64,000 nt of DNA from Octopus sinensis (GCF_006345805.1 NC_043006.1:86676001-86740000); one strand, 5' to 3'. Positions 37,560 to 52,010 are shown, counted from the first letter of the stretch. Notes: generated by a model not told the origin, from the letters alone. Translations and numbers: made by a program.

Positions 37560-37885
37560 GAGATTTCAAAGAGGCAGCTGCCTCAGCTGGGGACACCGCA
37601 GTCTGTGACTCCTTTTCTCTTTCCCACATCCTAGATGCTGCAGTAAATGGAAGGGTCACTGCTTCCGTAGCCAAACAGAACAAAATCTTTAAGTATCAGG
37701 ACCTGTCAGTGAACCGTTTCTTCCAGCCTGTGGTGTTTGAAATGTTTGGAAGGGCTGGGCCACTAACTGAAGTTCTTGATAACACTAGCTGTTCCCCTTA
37801 CCAAGGTGTCAGGTGATGCCATGAGGCTGCTGCCATGTCTTAGCCTCACCATCACCCATGGTAGTGCTACAAGCATGCTGGCTTG
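37560..37885 (+). pseudogene. CRE-clade non-LTR retrotransposon relic (restriction-like endonuclease domain)
   Basis: FQRGSCLSW/DTAVCDSF...ASVAKQNKIFKYQDL...FQPVVFEMFGRAG...LTITHGSATSMLA resembles WDxTxxDT...AExxKxxKYxxL...FxPxAxETxG...IxRGNAxSxL. Confidence 0.6.
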
Positions 37886-38422
37886 CTTCAGTTGGTTCTA
37901 TTCAACTTTATGGCATGTGACCAACTGAGAAATTTGGTGTTGAATTGATGTGTCTTTCTTTCTATTTTCCTTCTCTTTTTTCTTTCTTTTTCTTTCTTTG
38001 TTCTTCTTTTTCCATTTATTTCTCTGCATTTTGGATTTATATATTTAATGTGACTTTGAATTATATGTGTATCATATGCATACATGTTATATTCCAATGA
38101 AAAGATAACATTAAAAAAAATATATACTAAATATTTTACAAGACAAACACATCCCTTTATGAGCAATATTGCTTTAAATACATGCCAATCCAAATTTGGC
38201 TCTACAAGACTATTTGTGTTGACCCTGCTTTCTCTCAAAATTTAAATATAAAATGTATTATAGGATAAAGGTTCCTGGAATTGACAAGCAAACATTTTCC
38301 AAGTTATAAATCCATTTTCAATTGAAAATATTTGCAAGTGACACAGCATAGCCCTCCAAATATTAAAAGAAATTTCTGCCTGCATATCTAGAATATCTAC
38401 AAATGATAAACACAACTATAAG

Positions 38423-38570
38423 AACAAAGGGATATGCCTGCATAACCATGCTTGGAACACCAAAGGAATAGTTTATAGAAGGGGATGTCAGCTCTAAAAA
38501 TAATCATGGAACAATAGAAATCAAAAAGTATATTGGAATGCCTGAAGGATCATTCAAAAGAAGATACAGT
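38423..38570 (+). pseudogene. PLE GIY-YIG endonuclease relic
   Basis: KGICLHNHAWNTKGIVY...KKYIGMPEGSFKRRYS parallels CPLNGAC..IIY...KYVGLTEGNFKARFN in the PLE at 308-2119. Confidence 0.6.
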
Positions 38571-39142
38571 AAAGAAATTGACATCTATAGCATTATCAAA
38601 GCTTCTCTGGTGACTCAAAGTGAATAACAAGGTCTACTCAAATTAAGTGAAGAAACAAAAAGAAAAAAAACGTGTGTGTGTGTATAAAAGAAAGGAAAAA
38701 GCACTGCAGAGATGGCTCTTGTATTGCAGAGACTACTCGCCGATCTGCTGAAAATATTTCAACATCTGAGAATATATATATATATATAAACCTGAATCTT
38801 GAAATTTTGTGATTCTGGGTTTCACATGTCCAACCTTCAATCGAAATTTGAGGTATGAAAGAGAATATCATGGATAAGAATATTCAGATAAATTTGATTG
38901 AGTGTATCTGCCAAGATGAAATCAAATAAAGAGAAATCAGTTGCTACATGTATTCTCTTTTTTGCTTGTTTGCATGATGAAACAGTGCAAATGCACACTG
39001 CACTGCAGAATTCTGAAAAATGTTGATTGGACATCAAATAGACATTGCAATGCAGAATAAACAAAGAATGATCAATGGAAATTGTTCATCGAAAATAAAG
39101 GCATCAAAAAACATAAAATAAAAAATGTTTATTAAGTTATAG

Positions 39143-39560
39143 GCACAGGAGTGGCTGTGTGATAAGTAACTTGCTTACCAACCACATGGTTCCGGGTTCA
39201 GTCCCACTGCGTGACACCTTGGGCAAATGTCCTCTACTATACCCTCAGGCTGACCAAAGCTTTGTGAGTGGATTTGGTAGATGGAAAGGGAAAGAAGCTC
39301 ATCGTATGTGTGTGTGTGTGTGTGTGTGTGCATGTGTGTGTGTGTGTGTGTGTGTATGTTTGTGTGTCTGTGTTTGTCCCCCCAACCATTGACAACCAAT
39401 GCTGGTGTGCTTACATCCCCGTCACTTAGCAGTTCGGCAAGAGAGACTGATAGAATAAGTACTAGGCTTACAAAGAAAAAGTCCTGGGGTCGATTTGCTC
39501 GCCTAAAGTCAGTGCTCCAGTATGGCCCCAGTCAAATGACTGAAACAAATAAAAGAATAA
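39143..39560 (+). mobile_element. tRNA-derived SINE (family A), full length
   Basis: ggcacaggagtggctgtgtg...gggttcagtccc B box, internal (GT)n, aaatgactgaaac tail. Confidence 0.9.
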
Positions 39561-40428
39561 AAGTAATATCCTCTCAGCCTCTGATAATATACAGGCTTGG
39601 CTCTTGTGTTGGATAAAGAACAATATGTAGAAGCTTAACAGTTTCTATAACTGGAAATATTGTTGCCAATACATAAAAACAAATTCTTTAACCTCTTACA
39701 TAAGTCTCTCAATCCTGATCAAACTTAAACTCTTGAATCTAAGCTTTACAGCCCACATCAAATATAAACATAAGAAGGTTCAATATGCCTTATTCTATCA
39801 TTCCATCAAAAATATCATAAAAGTTGAACACAAACAATAATGATCAAAGGTTTAATGCAGTAATCAGCCATATAAACACAAGAAAACTGTACTCAATGAG
39901 ATGCTCCAATTAGCTCTACAGAAATTGAAAAATAATGAAAATATTGTAGTTTAAAAAAGTGACAAGAGCAACCCGTTTTTCATGATTGTAAACAAATATG
40001 AATATATAACAAAAATAATAATCACTATTACAGCATATTTATCAAAATTAAGAAAAATGATTCTGCTCAGCCAAAAATTAAATTTATTATTGACAATAAT
40101 ACTCAAATAGGGTTATGCCCCTTTGCAGCTGAGAGAAAGGGATTTTAACATTGCATACAATTATGATACTATTAAAATACACAAACTAAGTAGGTCTCTC
40201 TGATCCTTAGTCTTCGAAATCATTGTACTTGCAATTAGATTCCCCATTAGATTAACATTATTAAAAACTGCTAGAGAGATATAGCACCTGAGGAATTACT
40301 AGAAATTCTATAGGGAACTGATAAAGTTGTCCTCATTTCCTTTATGAATGTCAAAAATCTGTTCAACAGTGTCCCACTAATGGAAACTATAAACATTATC
40401 TTGAATAATGCTTACACACATCATACTA

Positions 40429-40569
40429 TAAGGTTGTCCCAAAAGTTCGTAGAAAGTCTTGGAAAATAATGGTCTTTATTTTGAGGAATAATTTTTGTTG
40501 CTTTTGTTAGTACTTGGTGAGTAAAAATTCAATTTTCGCAAGTGTTTACAAACTTTTTGGGACAAGCTA
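40429..40569. mobile_element. Tc1/mariner-type MITE
   Basis: Imperfect TIRs taaggttgtcccaaaagttcgta / tacaaactttttgggacaagcta. Confidence 0.6.
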
Positions 40570-41462
40570 ATATTAATCCACAAAGAAACACCCTTAAAAG
40601 GTTTCTATATCCTTGTTGACAGCAAATGTGCCCTTCTGCTTTTCCCAAGCTAAGATATATACCTAGGCAAGAAGGATGAAGTTGTTATGAGTCTCCCATG
40701 ATAGCTCAAATTGTATATGGCTTGCATGGAAAATAAAATAATTTCTAAGCATACCCACTCATTACACTGTAGTGGCATTGACAGATTACACATGAAGAGG
40801 TTGATGGAATTAAAGAAGACTTTTTTAACTATTCCAACTTTATATTTACAATGCAACCTAGATCTAGCATCAATTCAGACCATAATAACATCAGGAATAA
40901 AAAAGAAATAAACAACAGCACATAGAACAACTTAGTATTGATAAAAAAAACAATTCTAAGTATTGCTTATATATGTGAAGCGATAATGAGTGTCACCAAA
41001 GATACAAAATATCTATAGTGAAATCACTTCTTTGATCAGCTTTTAATTTTTCATTCAGTGAAAAAGCTTAAATAAGAAAATCTAACATATGAAATAAACA
41101 TTACTTAATAACAGATAATGTAAAAACCATACTGTAGAACAATAGATAAGCAAATTCACACAAACTGATATAAAAAATGCAGCACCTGTGAAAAATATAC
41201 AAACCATAAATATCATAACCATGTTTATATCTTACAAAACCATATATACCATATGTAATAAGAACCTGTGTGTCATATTCACACATATGTCTGAACAAGT
41301 CACATCTTACATGACCATGAATATCACAGCCTAAAAGACGATACATATCCTACTGAACCATACATACCATATTCTACAAGGCCATATATATTACATCCAG
41401 TCGCCATGATAGATCGTTAGCCACTACACACATTTTTTTCTCTCCTTGTTTTTTCTGTGTCC

Positions 41463-41498
41463 CTTTCTGTAGAAGAGCATAGGTTCGAAACGTAAAAG
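41463..41498 (+). ncRNA. Hammerhead-like motif, non-canonical core
   Basis: cttt-CTGTAGA-a-gagc-atag-gttc-GAAA-cgT-A-aaag, with a palindromic ACGT stem III. Confidence 0.3.
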
Positions 41499-42227
41499 AC
41501 TTTTTCTATTCTTGAGCGTTATACTAATACATCTGTTTGTTTTGTACACCACCTGTCTTCATCTTTTGTTTTTTTTTCATAAAGTCTCCCTATATCACAT
41601 CCTACAAGGCCAGGGGAATTGCACAGCAAATGTAAATATTACTACACTTATCTGTCTTCCTGCTGTTGTTCCTGTTCAGACTCAGTTTCTAAGCCTACAC
41701 TAATTACTACACTTAATCCTTCCTTCACTAAATGCAACTCTTCCATTCTTTCAGCTCATTTTTGTCATACAAACATTTATCTATAGACATTCAAGTGGAA
41801 CAACATTGCCATTAATTGCAGTAATCTTCATTCATAGGGTGTGCAAATATCATGTTCACTGTTTCTTATCTTTTCACTTAGCCTTGAACAGATAAGCTCA
41901 ATGATGCCAATAACTGCATTGTATGCCTAAGTACAGTACAACATTCTGCTTTTCAACAACTGTCCTCTCATAATTTGCAAATGAATATTTAACAAGTTGT
42001 GTGGTTGAGTGTAAATTCTACAACACAGATATGTAGTGAGAGAAATTTTTACACCTCATACAACTAAGTATTGTAAGTGATATAAAGAGCAGAATTGGCA
42101 AAGCAGGGACCATAGTCCAACATACACAGTATATAAAGTAAATCCAAACATGAAATCACAAAAAAACACAACAACACGAGGACGTGGAACAAGGACATGA
42201 AAGCAAAGTATATACTACAACTATTCT

Positions 42228-42655
42228 ACCAATGGTTTTGTATGGCAGTAAAACAGAAAATGTTAGTGAAGGTGGTCAAGAAACTAGTTACATTCTGCTA
42301 TCATTGTCTTCAAAACATCCTCAAACTATCCTCCCAAGATGGAATTAGAAATAAAGAAATCCATTTCTGAAGCAAATCATAGCCACAACAAAACATCACG
42401 GCACTGTGTCAGTGATACTTGGCAGCTCAGATAATGTACTTGTCAGTCACTTAACATACAAAGACTACAATGACATGGATATCAGAAGAAGGAACATAGG
42501 GTGGCCCAACATCACCCTGGTGTCACACATTCCAGGAAGACTTTAAATGCATGAAGACAGGTTATACAGCCAGAGAAAAGTATAGATCAACCAAGCTTGA
42601 AGAAGCTTGCTGCCTTACATGTCTCCCAATGAGAGAGGATTGAAGTCTAAGTCAC
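42228..42655 (+). pseudogene. Decayed non-LTR (RTE/L2-like) 3' ORF relic
   Basis: VLYGSKT...LQNILKL...IRNKEI and the later G.GGP..W segment resemble post-RT LINE motifs; many disablements. Confidence 0.4.
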
Positions 42656-45092
42656 AGAATAAAATGCTGAGGTTTAATAAATTTCAATAATTTAAGTGTC
42701 AAACATACAAATATTTCATCTGAGTTTCTACTCCAATAAAATATCATGCCTCATCACTTTAGAACATAACAAAGGAAATCCAACTGTAACCATCCTGTCT
42801 TATTTTTCAGATGTAGTGCATTTAGCATTATACAATGGTTCCTTCATTCAAAATATGATCTAAAGGAGATTTGGCCACTATTTCTAGCAGGCTGAGCAAT
42901 GATGTAAAGGCTCCCTTGTTGGCTCTTAATTAGTTATTTAATTAAAAGGTGAGGTGCAGTACACAGACACCTTTCTTTGTATATGACCTAACTCTGAGTA
43001 GTTGAGGATAACATTATAAAACGATTTATCATATGGACTACAATGTAAACATCCTAACTGTTTTTCTACTGTCCTGGCTGTACATGTATGTCTGCAGTTA
43101 TTGGAAGTAGCTATAGTAGGAGTAAGGGGTGTAAAAACTAACACTTCCTTTTTCCAAGCTGAGATTTGAAACTGAATCTAAGGATTCTTGCTTGTCTGAC
43201 CCACCACTGGCCAAACAGGTGTGAAAGAAATTTCTTTGTCCTGTCATATGATGGATGGATTTCCTTTCAACCTATGACCTGAACTGTGTCATTTAAGGTT
43301 CAAGTGGACAGGAGGTGAGCTACATAGGTAAAAATTACACCTGTGCAACTGTCATGACTATTATAAATACAGTCAGACATACAACAGAGGGCAGATAACC
43401 ATCACCAGGTAAACGATCAAGAGACAAGCAGACAGCCAGCAGTCAACTTGCGCCAGTCAAGCAGCCAACATAGAACCACATATTCAGCATGAACGACCCA
43501 ACACAGTAGCAGTCACAGAACATAAACCTACATGACTGAATGACCAACGCACACACAGACACAAAACAGTATTTTCCCTGTTTACTTTCTACTTTGCCAA
43601 CTTGAAGCAAGTTGGTTATGTCATGTAGTGAAGTTTTGGTGTATAAAATATGTAAATGCAAGTGTCGATTAAATAAATTATTTAAACCACAATCTGATGC
43701 TTTCCCATTGTTTTATGTTGATGCTGTCTACATGCCTATTTCATCTGCTACCTCAACAACATCTTTTGCAAACCATCCCATTACAGGGGCAAAGTGAATA
43801 CAACTGGTGAAGGGTATTTGTTCTTCCACTTCCTTAATCACTTGTGGTGCATAAACCCCAGTATATTGTTCCTGTGAACATACCATTTACATTTTAGAGT
43901 TGGGAATTGGTACCTAATTGCTTGACTGAATATATTTTAGACCTAGACAGAGACTGTTCAATTATTCGTAAAAGAAACAAGAGGCGCCAGTGATTGTATA
44001 GTTTTGGTAATTACCAGCATCATGATATTGTTATATCATTGACTGGTAGCTAATTTCAGTTCCCACTTGAACCACTTCACCAATATTGCTGATATTTACA
44101 AAAAACATACGAACATAATAATTGTTTCTCACTTCTATTCCCTGAAAGCATGAGACTGGCTGTCTACGTAAGAAAACTTCATATGATGTAACATCACAAT
44201 CATATGATGTATTAGCACTAACAAAACCCATTTTGATATTTAGTTGTGTTGTTTGTTCATGATATAATTAGTTAAACATCAACTATCTGTATTCTTTGCT
44301 TTACAGTTTATAATAATGCAATGAATTAGCAGAATCATTACAGTGTCAGCTGCATTAATTTTTCTAACACTCTGCACTCTGAGTTCAAGTTCCACTGAAG
44401 CACTTTTTTCTTTCATACTTTCAGGCTCATTAAAGAAAGTACCAATCAATTTAAAACATTGGATTAGTGGACCAGATTCCTTGTAATAATTGTTCCAGAT
44501 TTCTTGCATTCTGAGTTGAAATCCTGTCATGGATTACATGGCTAATGGACTTAATCCATTGCTTGGTTCAACACCCCTATCTGGAACCTTGGGAACCTTT
44601 TGCAGGATTCACTCTGTTGCAAGCATTAGGACAAGGTCTCTGATTTGAGGATACCTTCTTCTCTCCCACCCTCACTCTCATCAATCTCAGAGGACCTTTG
44701 AAGGGTCAGGTCTACTGCTTTCCCTCCTGATGAAAAGATAAAAGAGGAAAGGATTATCTAATAACTGGGTAATAAATGAGTTTTGTAGCAATCACATACA
44801 CACACAGATATACACACATTCATGCATGCATGCATGCACACATACATACGCATACATATATACACACATATACATATTTATATATACATATATATCTATA
44901 TACACATACATATATACATACATATTTATATACACATACATATATACATATAAGCATTACAAAATATATTTTTAATGTTAAAATACCATAATGAAAAATG
45001 AGAAAACTAGACCATGTTTTAACTTTATTCAACTGGTATATATATTTATATATACATACATATCTTTATATATACTCATACATACATACATA

Positions 45093-46380
45093 TCAGGTCT
45101 TTAAGAATGAAATGTCTGATTTTTAACAGAAAGTTTATTTTACTTAATCTCAACAAAAAGCAATGCAGTTAATCAAAGTATGCACCAAAATTATCAACAT
45201 AATTTTGCCATTTTATTGGTAGCTTATTTATGCTGGCAGTGAAGAATTCTGGAGAGCAAAAGATGATGAAATCATGAAAGGCTGTTTTTGCATCTTCCTC
45301 AGATTTTAAGCTTTTACCTTGTAAAAAGTTGTCTAATGCCTGGAAAACATGATAGTTAGTTGGTGCAAGGTCTGGTGAATATGGTGGATGACAGAGTACT
45401 TCCAAGTTCAGTTCCTGTAACTTGAGTAGTTTTCTTTGTGCAACATGCAGTTGAGCATTGTCTTGCAAGAGAATTGGTCTGTATCTGTTGACCAATCTTG
45501 GTTGTTTAATTGCATGTTCACTCATCATTTCATCCATTTGGTTGATGTAATTCACTGTAATTCACTGTAATTGACTTACCAGGGCTCATGAAGCTGTATT
45601 GGATGACACCAGAGCTGGACCACCAAACAGACACCATTAGCTTTTTTTCATGAATATTCCTTTTTGGACTGTGATTTGCAACTTCGTCTCTATCCAACCA
45701 CCATGCTGTAGAAAGCTTGCTATTGTTGAAAAGAATCCATTTTTCATCACTCGTAACAATACCATGCAAAAATGGTTCACTTTTATGTTGTGACAGCAAA
45801 GAACAGCAAGTTTCAAGACGACGTGTCATTTGATTCTCTTTCAGTTCATGTGGTACCCACTTGTCCAGCTCCTTTGTATTTGTTTCAGATGGTCCAATAC
45901 AGGAGGAATCAAAACATCAAACCTTGCTGCTAACTCATGCATATTTTGAGATGTATCCACTTCCACTACAGTTTCCAGCTCATCATTATCCACCTTGGTC
46001 TCAGGTCTACCATGGGGCTGATTTTCAAGTGCAAAGTCACCAGACCATAACTTCTCAAACCATCAACATACAGTGCGCTCATTTGCCACATCTTCACCAA
46101 ATACCCCATTGACATTTTGAGCTGTCTGGGATGCATTGGTTCCACAACAAAATTCATATTCATAAACAACACAAATTTTTGATCTATCCATGGGTTCGTA
46201 AAAACTGATTTACAAGGGAAAATTCACAATATAGTCAGTCACCATGAATTGCATTTTGAAAAGTGATGATGTAACTCTTCAATGTTGTAAAACAAAGAAT
46301 TGTCAGGATAAAACATTAGAGTTAATGACTGTTAAACTTGGTGCTTAAGAAAATCGAACATTTCATTCTTAATGACCTTA
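45093..46380 (-). mobile_element. Mariner (DD34D, cecropia/Hsmar1-like) transposon, decayed full-length
   Basis: TIRs tcaggtctttaagaatgaaatg / catttcattcttaatgacctta with TA flanks; 1288 bp. Frameshifted ORFs with VTSDEKWI, KKLMVSVWW, LQDNA, HPPYSPDLAPTNY. Confidence 0.92.
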
Positions 46381-46388
46381 TACATATT

Positions 46389-46429
<41 letters not shown>

Positions 46430-48547
46430 GCATACTCACACACATATAGCATAAGCATTCTTCATTTCAGAGGCATCTATCCAGTGAGTAGGGGAGCATT
46501 GATCATTGTAATGGCACACCCTGTGGTTGATAAAAAGGGTGGTGGCTGAGGGCAAGGTGAAAGTAGATTATGTGGATGAGAGATCTCTATCTATCTATAA
46601 AGCATGATTTATTTGCGATCAGAGTTGTTTGAAAACTGAGGTACTACTGTATATCAATCACGTAGTTGCAACGGAACCACTCTTAAGTCATACAAGCTGA
46701 AACAAGCAGTTTTGTGCCTTGCTGAAGGCCGTAGTATACTGGTTGTTGTAGTAAGATTTCTATTCATGGACATGTGGCCAGCAGTTGATCACCTTAACAT
46801 TGTAGCAATGGTTCATATGAATTTCTGGAATAGATTTATAATAGTGAAAGTGGATACAAGAAGATAGGGTGCTTTATTTGTAGCAGAATGATATTGGCTA
46901 CAGCACAGTGGATGATGGATTTAAGTTTTAATTCATGAATTTAAAGTATTAGTAAGCCCAGTAATACTGCAGAACCAATCATTCTATATTGTCTGTATGG
47001 TTGATGGCACATATAGCTATCATAACTTCCAAGCCATAAAACAAATCACCAAGAAAACCAACCACACAGACAGGCTAGCATACAGAAAACCAGTCACTCA
47101 GACAACCAATTACCCAGTCAGCCACTTGCTCAGACTTCCAGGTCACTCAAGCAAGCATTCCTCTTGACTCCCAGTTACCCAGACAACGAATCATCCAACC
47201 AAACTTAAGCCTTCCACTCATTAACAATCAGTCTAAAATGAAATTAGAGTAAATATATTTTATGGTTCATTCACTACATAGCATTCAGGTTGGAGTATTG
47301 TCTACAAATTCCAGTCTCGGAATGAGTGTAAGTTGTTGTTATTGTTGATGTTATTATTGTTTCTTTTTTTAATTTTGTCATTTTGTTTCCATTGTTGGTT
47401 GGTACAGTGAGAATTTCATCTTAGATACAAACATTCATTAAGAAAGCTTTGGAATTTTAGACTCAACAGTCTGTTAATGACAATGAAAAAAATAGTAGTA
47501 GTAGTAGTAGTAGAAATAATAATAATAATAAGTAAATCAATAAAAGATAGAAGAAAATAATTACAAAAAGAATATAAATAATTTCGGGAAAATTTTTCAA
47601 CTGACAAAATGAGAGAATTAAACAAAAAAAAAATACAACTTTATCCTATTCATGTGAAATTAGGTTTGTTTATCTTAAATGCAAGCTGTCAAAGAAAAAA
47701 AATCAACATATTGAAGAGAATAAAAAAGAGAGAAAGGGAAACAAAGAGAAAGAAAATGAAGGCGGGTAAAAACAAAGAAAAAATGGTTTGTAAACGAATA
47801 ATATGAAGCCAATAAACATTGACTTTTTGCAGCTGTTAAATACAGTGCAGTGATGATATACAGTAGTAATATCAAGCTGAATCAAATGTAGCAATCAAGA
47901 AATGTCTGGCACAGACCTTAAGATTACATCTTGTTATGCATAGAGAAAGGGTAAAGAGAGATTACCAGACAAAGAGGAGGCAGAGTACACTCTTGTCACG
48001 AATACCATAAAAAACTTCATAGTGAATTGTGCTACCATTATTTTTCAGTCTCTCAAAAAATATTTTGTAGCCTACAGAAACAACAATAATTCAGAACCCC
48101 TTATTACTTGGATGATTTAAAAAGTAATTTAACAGCATGTTAAGAGCTAGAAAGCTATTTTTTTCTCTCAGTTGTTCTTTATGAGAACAAAGGATGGCAT
48201 TAACTAAGCCAGTTAGAAAGCATCATTTTGGAAGCAATTCAACCTTGCTCTCATAGCAGCAGATCTCATCTTGACTTTAAAAAAAATTCGTTAAATTATA
48301 GCTTATTAAGCACATGTTTAAGGTATTTAATCAAAAGATGACATCAGTAATTAAAGAGATTTTACATTAATTACTTCAGTTCCTGAAGTGAGAATTCTTT
48401 TAAATTCCCACTGATCCATGAGGCTGACATGCCAAATAGTTTCTCCTGTTTTAAGTAGATAAGACAACACTCTGATACAGTGAATGAATGATGATACCAC
48501 AAGATAGAGAGGACTCTTTAGTCTTACCAGGAAAGCTTTGTTTAGAC

Positions 48548-48821
48548 CAGTGGTTTTCAACCATTTTTTGCCTATGGACCCCTTTGATTCCTGTTTTACT
48601 CTGCAGAGTCCTGATAGCCATTCAGTGTGTACAAAAAAAAATTCTGTATTTTTATAATGAAATAATATTAGGAATTGTATAAAAAAATAGATGGAATATT
48701 TTGTGTATAATAGAAGTATAACCAATTTATTACATGTAAATTTTAACAATAAAATCTTATATGGACCCCTAAAAGTCATATGGACCCCCAAGTGTTATAT
48801 GGATCCAGTTGAGAACCATTG
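48548..48821. mobile_element. hAT-type MITE with 8-bp TSD
   Basis: cagtggttttcaac ... gttgagaaccattg termini, flanked on both sides by gtttagac; internal tatggaccc subterminal repeats. Confidence 0.88.
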
Positions 48822-49744
48822 GTTTAGACTATCTTTTCTCAGCCCTTCCAGATTAACAAGTTAGTATTTCTATCATTGGAAAGAACTACTCAGTCACTCG
48901 AGACACTGCCAAATATTTCCCATCATAGTATGTAACTGCAACCTATGCCCCAAGTTGATTCTATGTAGGTTTGCAAATTCATGCTTCCGGCTACACAAAC
49001 CAGAATATTCTATGAATATACTGGCTCAGGACTATGTGAGAGATCCACAGTATATTTTCCAAGGAGTTCTTATGCATGAAATTGATCATTGTGTGTAAAA
49101 CATTGGCTGAACTTCACTCACTTTTCACATAGAACAATTTCCCTCTAAGTGACCACAGCTAGGATGGCCAGGAGCTGAACAACCCTTGAGTTTTACCTCA
49201 GAGTCACTTTCTATTTGACTCCTAGATTGATTTTCCAACAGGACCTCAAGGTTCATCTCTCCCTGTGGTGTTTTCATCCATCAACATAAGTATATTTATA
49301 TCTCTGCATAACAAACAAACAAACAAGCAAATATACATATATACATATGTACAAACATATTTACATACACACACACCCTTGTGTGTGAGCGGCTTTGTCA
49401 AAGATTCTGTCAAAAATTCCACTCACAAGAAATTGGTCAAGTTGAGACTCTAGAAGAAGACATTGGTTCAAGAAGCCATACAGTAGGGTTGAACACACAC
49501 AAATATGGTTGTAAAGTAAGGGTTTTAACAAAACAGCCATAGTTGCTCCCTCTTGAAAAAGCAACAAACCATTACCAGTTCACTTTGGTCAAATAAACAT
49601 TTTTAAAGTCTTTGTTTCCATATGGGAAGGTAATCTATACATATAAAACATAGGATGTGTGTTTGTCTGTGTGTTTGTCATGTCATTGTGTGTTTCACAA
49701 TGTTAAGGAGAGATTTGAAGTATGCAGGGATACAGACATACTGT

Positions 49745-50145
49745 ATTTACTCTTTACTCTTTTACTTGTTTCAGTCATTTGACTGCTGCCATGCTGGAAC
49801 ACCACCTTTAGTCGAGCAAATCAACCCCAGGACTTATTCTTTGTAAGCCCAGTACTTATTCTATCGGTCTCTTTTGCCGAACCGCTAGGTAACGGGGACG
49901 TAAACACACCTGCATCGGCTGTCAGGCAATGCTAGGGGGACAAACACAAACACACACACATACATATATGTATATACATATATACGACATGCTTCTTTCA
50001 GTTTCCGTCTACCAAATCCACTCACATGGCATTGGTCGGCCTGGGGCTATAGCAGAAGACACTTGCCCAAGATGCCACGCAGTGGGACTGAACTCGGAAC
50101 CATGTGGTTGGTTAGCAAGCTTCTTACCACACAGCCACTCCTGCG
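49745..50145 (-). mobile_element. tRNA-derived SINE (family A), full length
   Basis: Reverse copy ending cacacagccactcctgcg. Confidence 0.9.
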
Positions 50146-51344
50146 AATGCTATAATTGTTGAAAATTTTCAATAAAAATTTGACGTAAGATTTATAAATC
50201 TATTTGTTTTGGTAATAAACATAAAATTCTGTCAGTTGTTTTAAAAAATTTGCTCAATTTCATTGAAACAGATAGTTAATTCTGGAACACCCTGTATGGT
50301 GTAGTGTTGTTAGTTGTTGTGATACTTGAGTGAATATTAAAATCAAAGGTCTTCTTGCTGTAAACATCCTATTTTTTTATTAAGCATATTGTATCCAGGA
50401 GTATATCATCTAAAATGTACTTCTCCTTTATAGGCATGGCTGTGTGGTTGAGAAGCTTGCTTTCCAACCATGTCACCTTGGGTTCAGTCCCACTGTGCAA
50501 CATGTTGGGCAATACTCTTTCATTACAGCTCCGTGCCAACCAAAACCTTGTGTATTATATAGTTGCCATTACTGTATTGATATATAACACATACAACTCA
50601 CTTCTTATTACCATATAATAAACAAACAGAAGTTTGTGTATGAAATTGATACACACATACAGGAGGAGTAACTCTCTCTATATAATAAAACTTTGAATGT
50701 GGCCCCCAAGAAAGAGTAAAAGTAATTACCCGACCAACGATGGGCATTACTGCTAGTTCATTAATAAAATGACTGATTTTCTCATCACTTTTTAAAGTAA
50801 AATTCATAGGACCCTGTGTGTGTGTGTGTGTGTGTATGTGTACACATATATATATATGTGTGTGTGTATGTGTGTGTGTGCATATGTGTGTGTGTATGTG
50901 TGTGTATGTGTATACATAAATTGATACATACAATTAATTTATCCTTCTGTATTTTCTTTTACCTAAAGCCAGGAACTTTTCAGCCCCCCCCCCCACATGT
51001 GTGTGTATATATACATGAACACACACATATATACATGCACATAGCATGTTTACATACATAAATATACACACACATACATACATATCCATCCATAACTATA
51101 TACACACACACATATATAAATATATATATATATATATTTGTCCAACCCATGCTAGCATGGAGAACGGACGTTAAACGACGATGATGATGATATCCACACA
51201 CATACATACACATAGCATATTTATATATACACACACACACACACACATATCCATCCATAAATATATACACACACACACATTCACATATACATAGACACAT
51301 ACATAGACACATACATACACATAACATATTTATATATATAAATA

Positions 51345-51603
51345 GTGCCCCCTCGACTGGCTTCCGTGCAGGTGGCACGTAAAATGCACCAATCCGACCA
51401 TGGCCGATGCCAGCTTCGCCTGGCACCAGTGCAGGTGGCACGTAAAAAGCACCGACTACACTCTCAGAGTGGTTGGCGTTAGGAAGGGCATCCAGCTGTA
51501 GAAACTTTGCCAGATAAGACCGGAGCCTGGTGCAGCCTTCTGGCTTCCCAGATCCCCGGTCGAACCGTCCAACCCATGCTAGCATGGAGAACGGACGTTA
51601 AAC

Positions 51604-51636
<33 letters not shown>
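51345..51636 (-). mobile_element. Family B repeat with (GAT)n end; end duplicated at 51140-51190
   Basis: tccaacccatgctagcatggagaacggacgttaaacga(tga)n occurs twice. Confidence 0.8.
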
Positions 51637-51637
<1 letters not shown>

Positions 51638-52010
51638 TACTCATACATACATGTCCATCCATTCATCCTCTCTGCCCTCTATTCTTGGGATGGTCATGAG
51701 AGTAAAGTCCTATCAGATGCAACCATCATTACACTTTTCAGCTGGGTTCCCAATCATGACCAAGTGAGACTAGGAATATTATCCAACCATCTCATTCTTG
51801 GTCTGATCCTTGGTCTACTGCCAGTTGACTTGGCATGAAGAATCCATCATTCAGTGTTTTTGAAGACTTTTGGATTTAGGCAATTCCTTGTAAAATAGGT
51901 AAGGATTGGTAACAAGAAATACGTCTGGCTATAAAATCCTACCTTAAGTTCCAAACCATACTAGCATGGCAAACAGGTGTTAAATAAATTAAGGAACATA
52001 CATGTGTATG

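Noticed and set aside
44111-44141. 31-nt candidate exon encoding NRSEKQ (ENPEP-like NRSEKE)
   Set aside because: Its end phase is incompatible with the 31825 acceptor, and it lies inside a longer decayed frame; likely chance.
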